Virus record (IMG/VR): IMGVR_UViG_3300023179_000030 | Location: 1 to 64,000 of that record | Source: a virus | Reading direction: 5' to 3' (one strand) | Length of the DNA: 64,000 bases | In this document: positions 18,108 to 28,163 of the stretch, piece by piece | Numbering within the stretch: the first letter of the stretch is position 1 | Layout: each line of letters begins with the position of its first letter | Translations under genes and position numbers: made by a program | The notes under the pieces: generated by a model | Seen by the model: only the letters and a program-made list of their open reading frames with translations | Told to the model about the DNA's origin: nothing | Database searches by the model: none

Positions 18108-18911
18108 TTATTGTGCTAGATTAACGAACAGATGTTTTTCTATTTCTTCCTCTAACCTTTGATAGATTGATTTTTGCCAGTAGGGTTTAGATAATTCATA
18201 GTTCATCAATACATACTCATTGAGTTCATCATATTTTGCTGGTGTTAAGGTGTTCATTATATGTTCAAATTTTTCAATTGAATTAAATTCTAAAATACCT
18301 CGAGTATCAAAATATTTACCTATATTAGTACAACCAAAATATATAGGTACGGTTTTGGTCTTAAAACAATCCAGTAACTTTTCAGTGAACATGTTATCCA
18401 TGGCTTGATTTTCGCAGGCAATGTGAAATTTAGCGTTTACAAAAAAGGGATTTTTAGATTCAACCCTGGGTGGACTCCTATGCCACAAAAAGTCAAAATC
18501 TCCAATTTTGGTTAACTTATCAACTCTACGCATTATCATAAATCTCATACGATGTTCATGAGTCAAAATTTTACTACTCATCAAATAAGTTATTTGATTA
18601 GTTTTTTTGATCTCTAAATCATCTACCCAAGCTCCAACTGGACAAAATTCTCGTGCCTGCGGATATTGTAATAATCTATCATCATATGCCAATATTAAAT
18701 CAAAATTCTCATGAGCGTTTGCCACCATACCTGCGAAGTCAATATACAATTTCGGAGGCTCGCATTGCACTAAAACATTGTAATCTGCATTGGGATCGTG
18801 CCTCACATCGTCATAGCTGACATTAATTTTAACTGGAAACTTTTTTGTGAAGTTATATTTTGTACTGCCACTGTAACCCGGCATATATCCAATTTCTGAG
18901 ATTTCAAACAT
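18108..18911 (-). CDS. GT10-like glycosyltransferase (alpha-1,3-fucosyltransferase family)
   Basis: KFHIACEN...FTEKLLDCF...TVPIYFG matches the GT10 GDP-sugar-binding motif. Confidence 0.8.
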   Translation of the reverse strand: MFEISEIGYMPGYSGSTKYNFTKKFPVKINVSYDDVRHDPNADYNVLVQCEPPKLYIDFAGMVANAHENFDLILAYDDRLLQYPQAREFCPVGAWVDDLEIKKTNQITYLMSSKILTHEHRMRFMIMRRVDKLTKIGDFDFLWHRSPPRVESKNPFFVNAKFHIACENQAMDNMFTEKLLDCFKTKTVPIYFGCTNIGKYFDTRGILEFNSIEKFEHIMNTLTPAKYDELNEYVLMNYELSKPYWQKSIYQRLEEEIEKHLFVNLAQ

Positions 18912-19767
18912 TCTTGGAAACCCTAATAATTTTATTCATTGAATTACTTAATACTATAGCCATATTGCTGAGATTACTTTCTCGACAAATTAGCGCACCA
19001 ACACGGCTTAAACTCATCACTTCGGCCATGGCTTCTTGCCAAAATCTCTTTTGATAAAACCAATCATATTCTGCCAAGCAGTCAAAAAAACTGGAGAATG
19101 TTTCAGTTTTATATCTTAAAAAGTTGTCGTGATAAATGATTAAATCACCAAAATACGCCTGTAGTTTATATATCGATTCATGATTATCTGAAGCTACAAA
19201 AATATTGGAATATTTACCAGTTTCAAATTCATGAGCAATACAACGTTTATACTCATCCAAGCTAATATTTTGGTATTGATCACCATGCAACATATTCATT
19301 GATGTCAGTCTAACATGCACCCCCAATGTTGTATTTGTAATTTGACTTGTCACAGGCAATGAATTAAGCTTGTTGTAAACTTCTGGTTGGAATTTTAATT
19401 TAGTTATAACTTTTTGATATTTTGAAAAATTAGGGCTTAACTCTATTTTATTTTGTTTTGTATAAGTAGTGCCTTGTTTCAAAAATCCTCGATGTTCGTA
19501 GCTGGCATCCTTTTTTTGCACTAAAATATAATCTAAGATATGTGCGTAGGGATCTTCAATGCCATATTGCTGCATTCTGTTTACGTGGTCTTCACAGAAT
19601 TTCCAAGCTTGATTACTGAACTCATCATTGGTTTCTGTCACTGGGACGAAACCGCTTAGTTCCAAATAAACATTGTCAAAATCAATTTCCGACAAAGGTA
19701 ATATCCCAAATTGCAGCAATCTACTAAAGATACCGCCCCCTGGAACTATATAGATAAAATTTTTCAT
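18904..19767 (-). CDS. GT23/NodZ-like GDP-sugar (fucosyl)transferase
   Basis: GGGIFS, LGVHVRLT, IFVASDN and EVMSLSR...ICRESNLS correspond to the three alpha-1,2/1,6-fucosyltransferase motifs. Confidence 0.75.
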   Translation of the reverse strand: MKNFIYIVPGGGIFSRLLQFGILPLSEIDFDNVYLELSGFVPVTETNDEFSNQAWKFCEDHVNRMQQYGIEDPYAHILDYILVQKKDASYEHRGFLKQGTTYTKQNKIELSPNFSKYQKVITKLKFQPEVYNKLNSLPVTSQITNTTLGVHVRLTSMNMLHGDQYQNISLDEYKRCIAHEFETGKYSNIFVASDNHESIYKLQAYFGDLIIYHDNFLRYKTETFSSFFDCLAEYDWFYQKRFWQEAMAEVMSLSRVGALICRESNLSNMAIVLSNSMNKIIRVSKNV

Positions 19768-20588
19768 ATTATAATATGTTGATTTTGCGATACTACCTTT
19801 TTAATCACATTGTGAAAATATTCTGATGCATTGTCATCAATAGGAAATTCAAAATTAAAAGCATTTTTGCCACTGTGATCATATGGGGTTCGCATAGTGG
19901 GCATATAGCAGCGGTCCATATCAAGGGTCTCTACAGGATCAAAACCCAACTTGTTTAAAATTTGATTACCCATATGCAATATCAATTCATATGATGGGTG
20001 ACTCACATCATTGAATAGCTTTTTAGTTTTATAATTCTGCTCTATAAAGTCAACGGCTTTTACATCAGTCCCTCGCTCTTTGATTCTAAGTATATTTTGA
20101 TTTCGCCTAAATCTCTCTGCATAGTTAAAGTCGATTTGCCCATGATCATAGGCCGACAAAATGTCTGATTCAGTCCACCCATCCACTAACAACTTTTTAA
20201 TAATCGAAGAATTTTTAATTAGCTCAGTATCCACCAATCTAAAATTGTCGCTGATATTTGGGGCAGATGTCACCACCATAGGCCAAAAACTAAAATTCCA
20301 AAGATAAGGAATACTGATCGCCTGGGAGCCGGGTTTCATATGAGTTTTCAATGTGTCTGTGGCGTTTTCTCCATAGGTTTCGGCCAATGGCTGATAAATG
20401 AAAAGATCAGCATTTTTCAATTTGACAAAATAATCCGAATAAGTTAAGAACGACCGTTGAGTCCTTATTAATTCGTAATTATGTATATGGTCAACAATTA
20501 TATATTGTTCAGAAAATTGACGGGAAGCATAAAGAACATCATAGATCATCCTACCCTGACATGTTGCATAAATTAAAGCTGTTTTCAT
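19764..20588 (-). CDS. WcbI-like polysaccharide biosynthesis protein
   Basis: ATCQG, ADLFIYQP, DFIEQNYKTKKLF..VSHPS pattern. Confidence 0.65.
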   Translation of the reverse strand: MKTALIYATCQGRMIYDVLYASRQFSEQYIIVDHIHNYELIRTQRSFLTYSDYFVKLKNADLFIYQPLAETYGENATDTLKTHMKPGSQAISIPYLWNFSFWPMVVTSAPNISDNFRLVDTELIKNSSIIKKLLVDGWTESDILSAYDHGQIDFNYAERFRRNQNILRIKERGTDVKAVDFIEQNYKTKKLFNDVSHPSYELILHMGNQILNKLGFDPVETLDMDRCYMPTMRTPYDHSGKNAFNFEFPIDDNASEYFHNVIKKVVSQNQHIII

Positions 20589-20598
20589 TGGTTCATTG

Positions 20599-21564
20599 TT
20601 ATTTGTCTTGCCAATATTTAATCATTTCATCCAACATGCTGTGAAATGTATATTTGGGACTCCATCCCAACTGACTTCTAATTTCACTGCTGTCACCCTT
20701 TAGATATTTTAACTCTTCGGGGCGTAAAAACTTTTCATTTTGTACTACATAATTTCTATAATCAAGCCCCAAAGCGTTGAATGTGTATTCACAAAGATCG
20801 CGAACTGAATGTGATTCCCCGGTGGCAACTACCCAATCACGTGGTGTTTCGTGATTGACAATCATGTGCATAGCGCGCACATAATCATAACTATGACCCC
20901 AGTCCCTACAGCTATCTAAATTCCCCAATTCCAACTTGTCCAATAAACCTTTTTTAATATCTACAGCAGCTTTGACAACTTTGTTTGTTACAAAGTTTGT
21001 ACCGCGGCGTGGGCTTTCGTGATTAAATAATATCCCATTTGAGGCATGTAACTTATATGCATCCCTATAATGTCTTGTTAGATTAAATCCCATGACTTTA
21101 CTGCATCCGTAGGGACTCACTGGCGTCATGGGTGTTGAAAGTCGTTGTACCCCATCTGGATCTATACTATTACCAAACATTTCACTGCTGCTGGCTTGAT
21201 AAAACTTAGCTTGTGGGCAAAATTGTCGATATGCTTCAAGCATAGTCAACACTCCCAGACTATTGGTTTTAATAGTAAAGGCCGGCATATCAAAACTAAT
21301 TCGCACATGGCTCATTGCTGCAAGATTATATATCTCGTCGGGCTTTACATCATTAACGATCTTAGCAATACTCCATTCGTCAGTCAAATCCCCATAAATT
21401 CTAGTTATTTGATCATTGATATGCATCAATCTAGAACTTTGATTTTCTGCTACACTATGTCTACGAACTATACCGTAGACATCATAGCCCAAGTCTAATA
21501 GATATTCGCTAAGATAACTACCATCTTGACCGGTAATACCAGTTATTAATGCTCGCTTTTTCAT
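20599..21564 (-). CDS. gmd: GDP-mannose 4,6-dehydratase
   Basis: ALITGITGQDGSYL, YNLAAMSHV.ISF, QASSSEMFG, SPYGCSK, GILFNHESPRRG and RDWGH. Confidence 0.97.
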   Translation of the reverse strand: MKKRALITGITGQDGSYLSEYLLDLGYDVYGIVRRHSVAENQSSRLMHINDQITRIYGDLTDEWSIAKIVNDVKPDEIYNLAAMSHVRISFDMPAFTIKTNSLGVLTMLEAYRQFCPQAKFYQASSSEMFGNSIDPDGVQRLSTPMTPVSPYGCSKVMGFNLTRHYRDAYKLHASNGILFNHESPRRGTNFVTNKVVKAAVDIKKGLLDKLELGNLDSCRDWGHSYDYVRAMHMIVNHETPRDWVVATGESHSVRDLCEYTFNALGLDYRNYVVQNEKFLRPEELKYLKGDSSEIRSQLGWSPKYTFHSMLDEMIKYWQDK

Positions 21565-22256
21565 TTTGACCTTTTAAATATTGTTTTCTGTGATAAATCT
21601 GAATAATGCAAATTAGAACCACAATCTTCCGTATAGTCTGCTACTTGATCCATTAAAAGTATACCACGCGCAGCATCTTCTGGTGTCATATAATAATGCC
21701 AGCCCATGATCTCATAGTCATCCTCCCACTGTGGAATAGATAAATCCCTGCCATCGTAAGTTGCTTTTTTAAGCCAACGATATGCCTCAGCATCGTCAGT
21801 GAGAATCATACCCCCTCTTCCAATGGGAATTTGTTTTTTAAGTTGAAAACTGCATACGTGCAATCCACCAGTGTACATACCACGACGCCAACGAGTAGCT
21901 GCATCCCATATTGGAAATGGCTTTAATTGATATCTTCCCGTCCATTCCAGATCTTCAAATTCCACTCGGCATCCTGCATGTACTATTTGTTGAGCTGCAC
22001 TGACATAAGTATGTTTGGGTATGGTTACTGTTCCAATGGCGTTTAGATATTTTAAACTCAAAAACATGCCGTGGCTACAACAATCCACCGCTACCCCATA
22101 CTTAGATCCTGCAAACTCTGCTACTTTTTTCTCAAAAATATCAACTATATCTCTGGCATCAGTCCAGTTATAGCCCTGTTTTTTGACTTGCTCTAGCTCT
22201 GGCCTTTGAAATTCTTTGGGTAATTGCCCGTTGGGCCAACTTGAAAATTTAGTCAT
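21561..22256 (-). CDS. Compact DegT/DnrJ-family PLP-dependent sugar aminotransferase (perosamine-synthase-like)
   Basis: FEKKVAEF.G.KYGVAV, WDAA, SFQLKK...GRGGMILTDD (catalytic Lys kept) and G..YYMT. Only 231 aa. Confidence 0.8.
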   Translation of the reverse strand: MTKFSSWPNGQLPKEFQRPELEQVKKQGYNWTDARDIVDIFEKKVAEFAGSKYGVAVDCCSHGMFLSLKYLNAIGTVTIPKHTYVSAAQQIVHAGCRVEFEDLEWTGRYQLKPFPIWDAATRWRRGMYTGGLHVCSFQLKKQIPIGRGGMILTDDAEAYRWLKKATYDGRDLSIPQWEDDYEIMGWHYYMTPEDAARGILLMDQVADYTEDCGSNLHYSDLSQKTIFKRSK

Positions 22257-22780
22257 TGATATTTGTATCCCATTTTTTCTGCATATTCGTAGGCTTTGTC
22301 TTGATTTCGCAGCCTAATAGGTCTAGCGGGGTTCCCTACGTAAATAGTCCAGGGTTCGGTGCTTTGTTTTAATAAGCTATTGGCCCCCAATACACTACCC
22401 TCTGCCAGTGTGACCCCAGGTAAAACCACAGCATTTGCTAATACTCCACTAAACCGTTTAAGTGTAATAGTCCCCAAAATCTGTGTATCCTTAAACTCTT
22501 CGGGTATCAGTGGGCCAATTAACCCATCACCCATAAAAGTCTCACTGCCGCAGACATATTTTGATCCCACACTTAAAAAACAAAAGTCTTCAACGCATAG
22601 ACTTGAATGTTTACCGCCAATAACTGCTACGTGCGGGCTTACATGCACATAGTCACCTATTATTAATTTAGTTGAACAATAAAACCCATAATCTATAGCT
22701 ACGTGATTACCGAGTTGGCATAAATCGGGTCTAGTTATCTCAGAATTAGCATGTACTCTGACATCTATTCCCTGTATCAT
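22253..22780 (-). CDS. Hexapeptide-repeat (left-handed beta-helix) acyltransferase
   Basis: IGDYVHV, VVLPGVTLAEGSVLGANS and YVGNPAR. Confidence 0.88.
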   Translation of the reverse strand: MIQGIDVRVHANSEITRPDLCQLGNHVAIDYGFYCSTKLIIGDYVHVSPHVAVIGGKHSSLCVEDFCFLSVGSKYVCGSETFMGDGLIGPLIPEEFKDTQILGTITLKRFSGVLANAVVLPGVTLAEGSVLGANSLLKQSTEPWTIYVGNPARPIRLRNQDKAYEYAEKMGYKYQ

Positions 22781-23187
22781 AAAAAGACCTTATCTAAAGC
22801 CTGCCCCATATATGGTCCAGTTTTATATTCATAAACAACGGTGTCATCCTCCAGTATTAGGTAAGTGTGACCCCCCTCAAATGTCATCGAACAATCCCCA
22901 CGATTTATTACTTGTTTTTCCAATAATTCACCATTGGTATCATAAAAACTTACCTCTACACTACCCTGTATTACTACCCAAGATTCCTGAGCGATAGTTT
23001 TGTCATAGCTGGGCTTTTTCCATATATGTTGGTGTGGCTTAAATGTTTGGCCTTTATCCATACGTAATGTAGCTAATTGTAAAAACTCCCTATCTTCACT
23101 GACATTTGTTCTATTAGATATGTCATTTAATCTGTGAACTAGATGTAATAATTTATCTGGATTTATTTTACTGTATATTTTATACAT
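22777..23187 (-). CDS. WbuC-like cupin (sugar-nucleotide pathway)
   Basis: PHQH, QESWVVIQGSV, GGHTY and YEYKTGPY cupin metal-site motifs. Confidence 0.75.
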   Translation of the reverse strand: MYKIYSKINPDKLLHLVHRLNDISNRTNVSEDREFLQLATLRMDKGQTFKPHQHIWKKPSYDKTIAQESWVVIQGSVEVSFYDTNGELLEKQVINRGDCSMTFEGGHTYLILEDDTVVYEYKTGPYMGQALDKVFL

Positions 23188-24238
23188 AATAAAAATTCTG
23201 CCTATCTATTTTTTGTATCCAAGCATCAAATTTATCGTGAACTACAGAGTCTGAGAAATTCTGCAATGCCCAATCCCTACACGTTTGTGAATCCAATAAA
23301 TGAACTATTTTAGCTGCTTCAACAAAGGTTTTAAAATCTTTACATCTATAGCCTGTGACACCAGGAACAACTTGATCGACAAATCCTCCCCAATCTGTAG
23401 TAATTACAGGGGTGCCACATAACATAGATTCTGCTACAATATTGCCAAACGGTTCTAGATAATGGGTTGGCGCCATGAGACATTGAGCTTTGCTCAATAG
23501 CTTACGTCGTTGTTCAGGATTTACATAGCCCACAAGTTCAACGTGATTTGGTATTGTCTCGTAACCCAGATGCTTTAGGTCTCTCGCGGGTCCTGCGATT
23601 ATTAGTCGTTTACCTAGATGCTGAGTAACTTGTATACAAATATCAATCCCTTTGTCATAGTTTACTCTGCCCAAGTAGACAAAATATTCCTCTTTATCTG
23701 ATGCCGTTGAAAACTCACTGGGCGTAAATGCATTGGGGATAACCTCATCATACCAACTTGGTGTCAGCAATTTACCATGGACACCATAATAATAATGCAT
23801 TTGACTATAGGAGGTAAACGCCCGATAGGGAGCAAATACAGTATCTGGTGGATAACCTATACTGGGTTCCAGTATCTTTAAATCACTGTGAAGATCCGCG
23901 ACTGGCTTGTGTGCTAAACCATAAAAGCATAGCACCATGTCATTGGGTTTCTTACGTCTGGTTAACTCCATATCTACTCTATCAGTAAAAATGGATTGCA
24001 AACTATGATTAATTAGAAATAAATCACCATCTGGCGGTGGGGGCAACTCACTGTTGGTAATTGCCACAACATTTTCACAATTTACCCCAGCTGACTCATG
24101 CCCATAATGCACAATGTCATAGCCACGTGGCACCATGTTTTCAATAAATTTAAGAACCGCAACATTAAATGGTTCCATCCTATATCGGGTGTGTGTTATA
24201 CCATAGGGATTAGCTAATATATGTAAAGTTTGTTTCAT
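23180..24238 (-). CDS. Glycosyltransferase, GT4 family
   Basis: YLGRV..DKG and EPFGNIVAESMLCGTPVITTDWG (E-x7-E motif). Confidence 0.92.
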   Translation of the reverse strand: MKQTLHILANPYGITHTRYRMEPFNVAVLKFIENMVPRGYDIVHYGHESAGVNCENVVAITNSELPPPPDGDLFLINHSLQSIFTDRVDMELTRRKKPNDMVLCFYGLAHKPVADLHSDLKILEPSIGYPPDTVFAPYRAFTSYSQMHYYYGVHGKLLTPSWYDEVIPNAFTPSEFSTASDKEEYFVYLGRVNYDKGIDICIQVTQHLGKRLIIAGPARDLKHLGYETIPNHVELVGYVNPEQRRKLLSKAQCLMAPTHYLEPFGNIVAESMLCGTPVITTDWGGFVDQVVPGVTGYRCKDFKTFVEAAKIVHLLDSQTCRDWALQNFSDSVVHDKFDAWIQKIDRQNFYYV

Positions 24239-24248
24239 ATCTTTTTGA

Positions 24249-24276
24249 ATTATACACTAAACGGGTGTAAAGTAAA
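24249..24276 (-). promoter_or_regulatory. Sigma70-like promoter TTTACT-N16-TATAAT for the nucleotide-sugar operon
   Basis: -10 at 24249-24254 and -35 at 24271-24276, just downstream of a terminator. Confidence 0.5.
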
Positions 24277-24307
24277 TTGATTCGGTGGTATAATTTACCA
24301 GCCTGGC

Positions 24308-24335
24308 AAAGAAAAGCCCCACGATAGCATGAGGC
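24308..24335 (-). terminator. Intrinsic terminator ending the 32761-24360 operon
   Basis: Minus-strand RNA GCCUCAUG-CUAU-CGUGGGGC-UUUUCUUU: an 8-bp stem with two G-U pairs followed by a U tract. Confidence 0.75.
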
Positions 24336-24359
24336 AATATAGGTTGTCAATGCAACTAT

Positions 24360-24665
24360 TTAGACTGCAAGTTTGGCTATCACAGCAGGCAATAAATCAG
24401 CATTTGACCAGTGGTCGCGTATTGCATCATATTCATCTCCTTGCCATACTAATAAACCACGCCTAGAAGTGCCAAAAACTTCAGTTGAACCATCAGGGCG
24501 CTCTCTGGTTATAAATGGCCCAAGCTCAACTTCAACTTGAACTCGTTTTTCAAAAATCTGTTCACGTATTTCTAATATTTTAAATTCTTTAGATACTACA
24601 CGCTCACTGAGAACAATTTCATCTGTGGTTGGATGTGTATCTGTTATATTCGCTGCGGCTGGCAT
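24360..24665 (-). CDS. Hypothetical protein
   Basis: 101 aa with a strong SD (AGGAG) and its own late box. Confidence 0.75.
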   Translation of the reverse strand: MPAAANITDTHPTTDEIVLSERVVSKEFKILEIREQIFEKRVQVEVELGPFITRERPDGSTEVFGTSRRGLLVWQGDEYDAIRDHWSNADLLPAVIAKLAV

Positions 24666-24692
24666 AATTAAACTCCTAATAGGTTATATTTT

Positions 24693-24699
24693 TATTTAT
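24693..24699 (-). promoter_or_regulatory. Late promoter box ATAAATA
   Basis: Overlaps the protease stop codon, upstream of 24360..24665. Confidence 0.55.
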
Positions 24700-25550
24700 C
24701 ACTTTGAAAGTATAGTAGCAATAATTGCTAACAGGGCCAATATTACTAAACCACCAATTCTAGTATTGTAAAAGGGTACAGGTTTAGGATTGACATATGG
24801 TATGGATAGATTGGGGTTTAATATCCACAATTCACCGAAAGCCTGAGAAGATATCATAGCATAGGGTATGCCAAAAAAACCACCATCTGCCCAAGCTGGC
24901 CCCCAAGAATTTTCCACCAATAATCTCTGAGAGTCATCATCATATCCAATAATGAGCACTTCATGCCAACCCGCCAGTGGATTTGTGGCGCTGGTTTCCC
25001 AATCCCAAGTATGAGTCTTCCAATTCCCGGTTAATGCGCCAAAACCTCGATGAACTTGTATTGTCAACAGTACAGGAATATCTTGATTTAATGCATTTTT
25101 TATTTGAGTTAATTTATCCCCCTGAATTTGCTCGTAGGAATAGATTTTAAATTTTTCAGCTAATGCTTTGATTTCGGTGGTTGGTTCTGTATCCAATGAA
25201 CTGGAAGCATAGGGCCAATTTGTCTCTGGGCAAGTACCAAACTCCTTCAATGCTTTGCACATATCTCTGGGATATGAGCCAGAATCCCCTTTGATATTAC
25301 CCAATTTTCTAGAATAATAATACAGGAACAATCTGCTTAGATCCACTGGGGTTTTATTTTTGTTATACATCAGTTCTAAGGCAGAACACCCTGCATTTGC
25401 AGTGCAGGTATTCAATTGACCCTGATTTTCTACTTCAAACACCAGTGGTTTTAAATCAATGGATTTAGGTAAAATAGTTGCGGTGGGTATTGTTGCCAAA
25501 TGATCCCTAGCATCATAGGGCGATGGTTGTATATTTGATAATTGCATCAT
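24699..25550 (-). CDS. Papain-like (C1A) cysteine protease with a C-terminal hydrophobic anchor
   Basis: NQGQLNTCTANA (oxyanion Gln and catalytic Cys), GWHEVLIIGY (His), ENSWG (Asn). Ends IGGLVILALLAIIATILSK. Confidence 0.9.
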   Translation of the reverse strand: MMQLSNIQPSPYDARDHLATIPTATILPKSIDLKPLVFEVENQGQLNTCTANAGCSALELMYNKNKTPVDLSRLFLYYYSRKLGNIKGDSGSYPRDMCKALKEFGTCPETNWPYASSSLDTEPTTEIKALAEKFKIYSYEQIQGDKLTQIKNALNQDIPVLLTIQVHRGFGALTGNWKTHTWDWETSATNPLAGWHEVLIIGYDDDSQRLLVENSWGPAWADGGFFGIPYAMISSQAFGELWILNPNLSIPYVNPKPVPFYNTRIGGLVILALLAIIATILSK

Positions 25551-26428
25551 AGTTGTCTAAATGGTTTAGTATTAACGGTAACAGCAGGTTTCGCTGTGCT
25601 TTTGATCCAATTTAAATTGGGCTGATTAATATTGAAATTGTATTTCCAAAATGATTGCGCCTCATATTTTTGCCAAAGGTCATTGGGTAATACACTGTTT
25701 CTAGCAGAATATTCGATTCTGGGTCTCACAGTGTGCAATCCTTGAATTTTTGCTTGTGTGTCGAATTCATCATAGGTTGCTTCTACATTATTAAAATCAT
25801 GATTGAACCAGGGTTCCTCAATGAATTGGTAAATTTGCTGCATGGTTTTTAAAGGGTTTGAAACTAATGTATCATATTCCACAAAGCATATGTGACGACG
25901 CTCGTCACTGGCCAAACATTGTTTGACGCCCATCAGTGGGCCCTGCACATAGCCGGGAAAGTTGGCCAAATCCCCCATCAACATGGCGCTGCGCTCATAG
26001 ACATTGGCTAATTGTTGATGGTGATACAACGGTTTGATAGTAAATGGATTTTTAGAATTCAGTCGTTCGAAACTGTCTAATATCCAGGGTATCTCCCTGA
26101 TGCAAACAATCATCTTAAAGTTTGGAAAAAGATCCGCCAATAATGCAGTATCTGAACTCCATCCTCGATTGGTATTAAAACAGACTTCTGAGTCTTGACT
26201 GTAGAAACTGTCAAATAATCCATGTACAATGGTTCTTCGTTTTTCCACTGGTACGGCTGCTTCCATACCCACCGCAGTACTGGTATCTTTGATAATACTA
26301 TGCACATACATTTGCAATGGGTCACTTATACCAGCTGTAAATCTGGGATTTTGTTTGAGTATACTGGACAACAAAGTTGACCCAGACCTAGGCAAGCCCG
26401 ATATAAAATTATACTTGCGTATCATCAC
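25547..26428 (-). CDS. PAPS-dependent sulfotransferase
   Basis: 5'-PSB motif SGLPRSGSTLL and 3'-PB motif IREIPWILDS, plus VEYDTLV..P. Confidence 0.88.
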   Translation of the reverse strand: MMIRKYNFISGLPRSGSTLLSSILKQNPRFTAGISDPLQMYVHSIIKDTSTAVGMEAAVPVEKRRTIVHGLFDSFYSQDSEVCFNTNRGWSSDTALLADLFPNFKMIVCIREIPWILDSFERLNSKNPFTIKPLYHHQQLANVYERSAMLMGDLANFPGYVQGPLMGVKQCLASDERRHICFVEYDTLVSNPLKTMQQIYQFIEEPWFNHDFNNVEATYDEFDTQAKIQGLHTVRPRIEYSARNSVLPNDLWQKYEAQSFWKYNFNINQPNLNWIKSTAKPAVTVNTKPFRQL

Positions 26429-28163
26429 CAGTGTCCTTGACTTTGGTAACTAATTTACCCAAATCTGCCATATATAAATATTCTATTTCACTGTTGAACA
26501 ACGTAATGATTGCGTCAAATACAGATTCAACCAATGGTTGACCAGCCAAGTTCAAACTGGTATTGAACAATACTGGAACCCCTGTTTGTCTATAAAATGC
26601 TTCTATTAATTGGTAAAAATTCTTGTTGTCAGATTCTGACACGGTTTGAATTCTACAGGTACCATCAACATGAGTAACCGCTGGGATTAGTTCTAGTTTG
26701 TCTGACTTTACATCTACCGCATACATCATAAAAGGACTATCAGTCATTCCGGAAAGGTCAAACCACTCAGATGCATGCTGCTCTAGCACTGACCCAGCAA
26801 ACGGCCTAAACCATTCTCGATTTTTCACCCTGTTAACAATGTCTTTTCCATCAACCCGTCGTGGATCAAATAGTATACTGCGATTTCCCAAAGCACGTGG
26901 ACCTGCTTCCGACGATCCCTGAAACAATGCCACTATATTACCCTTATCAATTAATTCAGCTATCGTATCAACGGTGGCATCTTCTACATTGATCTTACCG
27001 TTTTGTTTAACAATATCCAATTGTGCGTAATCAGGTGGTGCACCCAAATACACATGGCGTAATGGCTTAATAGCTATTTCTTTGGAATACTGATGCCAAG
27101 CATATTTTGCAAGTCCAATTGCTGTTCCACCATCGTGGCTAATGGGATCTACATAAAATTTTATGTTTGGAAAATTTTGCAGATATTTATAATTGGCCAC
27201 ACAATTCAAACCATATCCACCAGAGATTATAACATTGGTTTCACCTGTGATGTCGATAGCTTTTTGTATCAAATCAATAACCATCTTTTCAGTTTCAATT
27301 TGAACATGATAAGCTAGATTTTTATCTACATCACGTGCCATGGAAAAATCGTTATGCCAGACTACAGGGTCACTGAATCTCTTCAAATATGGAAAACGAT
27401 TCTCATCAATAAATGCCCCGGCTGGATAGTTGGGAATGAATACATTTTTATTACCTTTGTTCTGAACAAATAGTCTAGGGATATTTTCATCTTGACTGCC
27501 ATAGGGGGCCAACCCCATGGTTTTTCCTGCTTCAATAAAACCAAATCCCAGATATTGTGAAACTGCTTCATAGGCTTTGGTAATGGTAACACTGTTATCA
27601 AATTCCTGTATACCATTATCATAATATGGGGAACTTTGATTTCCATCCGAATAACGCTTGTGTAGTGCATTAAATTCATGTGGGTAACTGCAATGATAGA
27701 TAGATTCGGTTTCAAAACCACCAACAGTGATGTTTTGTTGCTCAATCACTTCCTGAGTATATGATCCGGCTCCATCTACAACAACAGCGGCTGCGGTTTC
27801 AAATCCAGAATTATAAAATGCACTGGCAGCATGCCCAAGATGATGTAAATGCCCCATTCTAGTTACTTTAACATTGGGATTAAATTTCCTAACCAAAGCA
27901 GTATAGGCATCCTCGCCAGTCCAGGGCAATTGGGCTAACTGAGACATTGTACCACCAATAACTAATTCGTCAACTTGATGATTGAGCAGTATTTGCAACA
28001 TGGCTTTAAAAGGATTGCCATCGTATTTTAATCTACTAAGACGTTCCTCTTCGGCATAAAACACTAGCTCACCATTGACAACCAATGCCGCAGACCCATT
28101 GTGTCCGGGGTTAATTGCCATGATGGAATATGTTAGTCTATTTGTTTGTATGGGTTCTTGCAT
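26409..28163 (-). CDS. Carbamoyltransferase (NodU/CmcH/TobZ family)
   Basis: GHNGSAAL, EEERLSR.K, HHLGHAASAF, DGAG, GKTMGLAPYG, GPRALGNRSIL, KNREWFRPFA and NTSLN. Confidence 0.95.
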   Translation of the reverse strand: MQEPIQTNRLTYSIMAINPGHNGSAALVVNGELVFYAEEERLSRLKYDGNPFKAMLQILLNHQVDELVIGGTMSQLAQLPWTGEDAYTALVRKFNPNVKVTRMGHLHHLGHAASAFYNSGFETAAAVVVDGAGSYTQEVIEQQNITVGGFETESIYHCSYPHEFNALHKRYSDGNQSSPYYDNGIQEFDNSVTITKAYEAVSQYLGFGFIEAGKTMGLAPYGSQDENIPRLFVQNKGNKNVFIPNYPAGAFIDENRFPYLKRFSDPVVWHNDFSMARDVDKNLAYHVQIETEKMVIDLIQKAIDITGETNVIISGGYGLNCVANYKYLQNFPNIKFYVDPISHDGGTAIGLAKYAWHQYSKEIAIKPLRHVYLGAPPDYAQLDIVKQNGKINVEDATVDTIAELIDKGNIVALFQGSSEAGPRALGNRSILFDPRRVDGKDIVNRVKNREWFRPFAGSVLEQHASEWFDLSGMTDSPFMMYAVDVKSDKLELIPAVTHVDGTCRIQTVSESDNKNFYQLIEAFYRQTGVPVLFNTSLNLAGQPLVESVFDAIITLFNSEIEYLYMADLGKLVTKVKDTGDDTQV

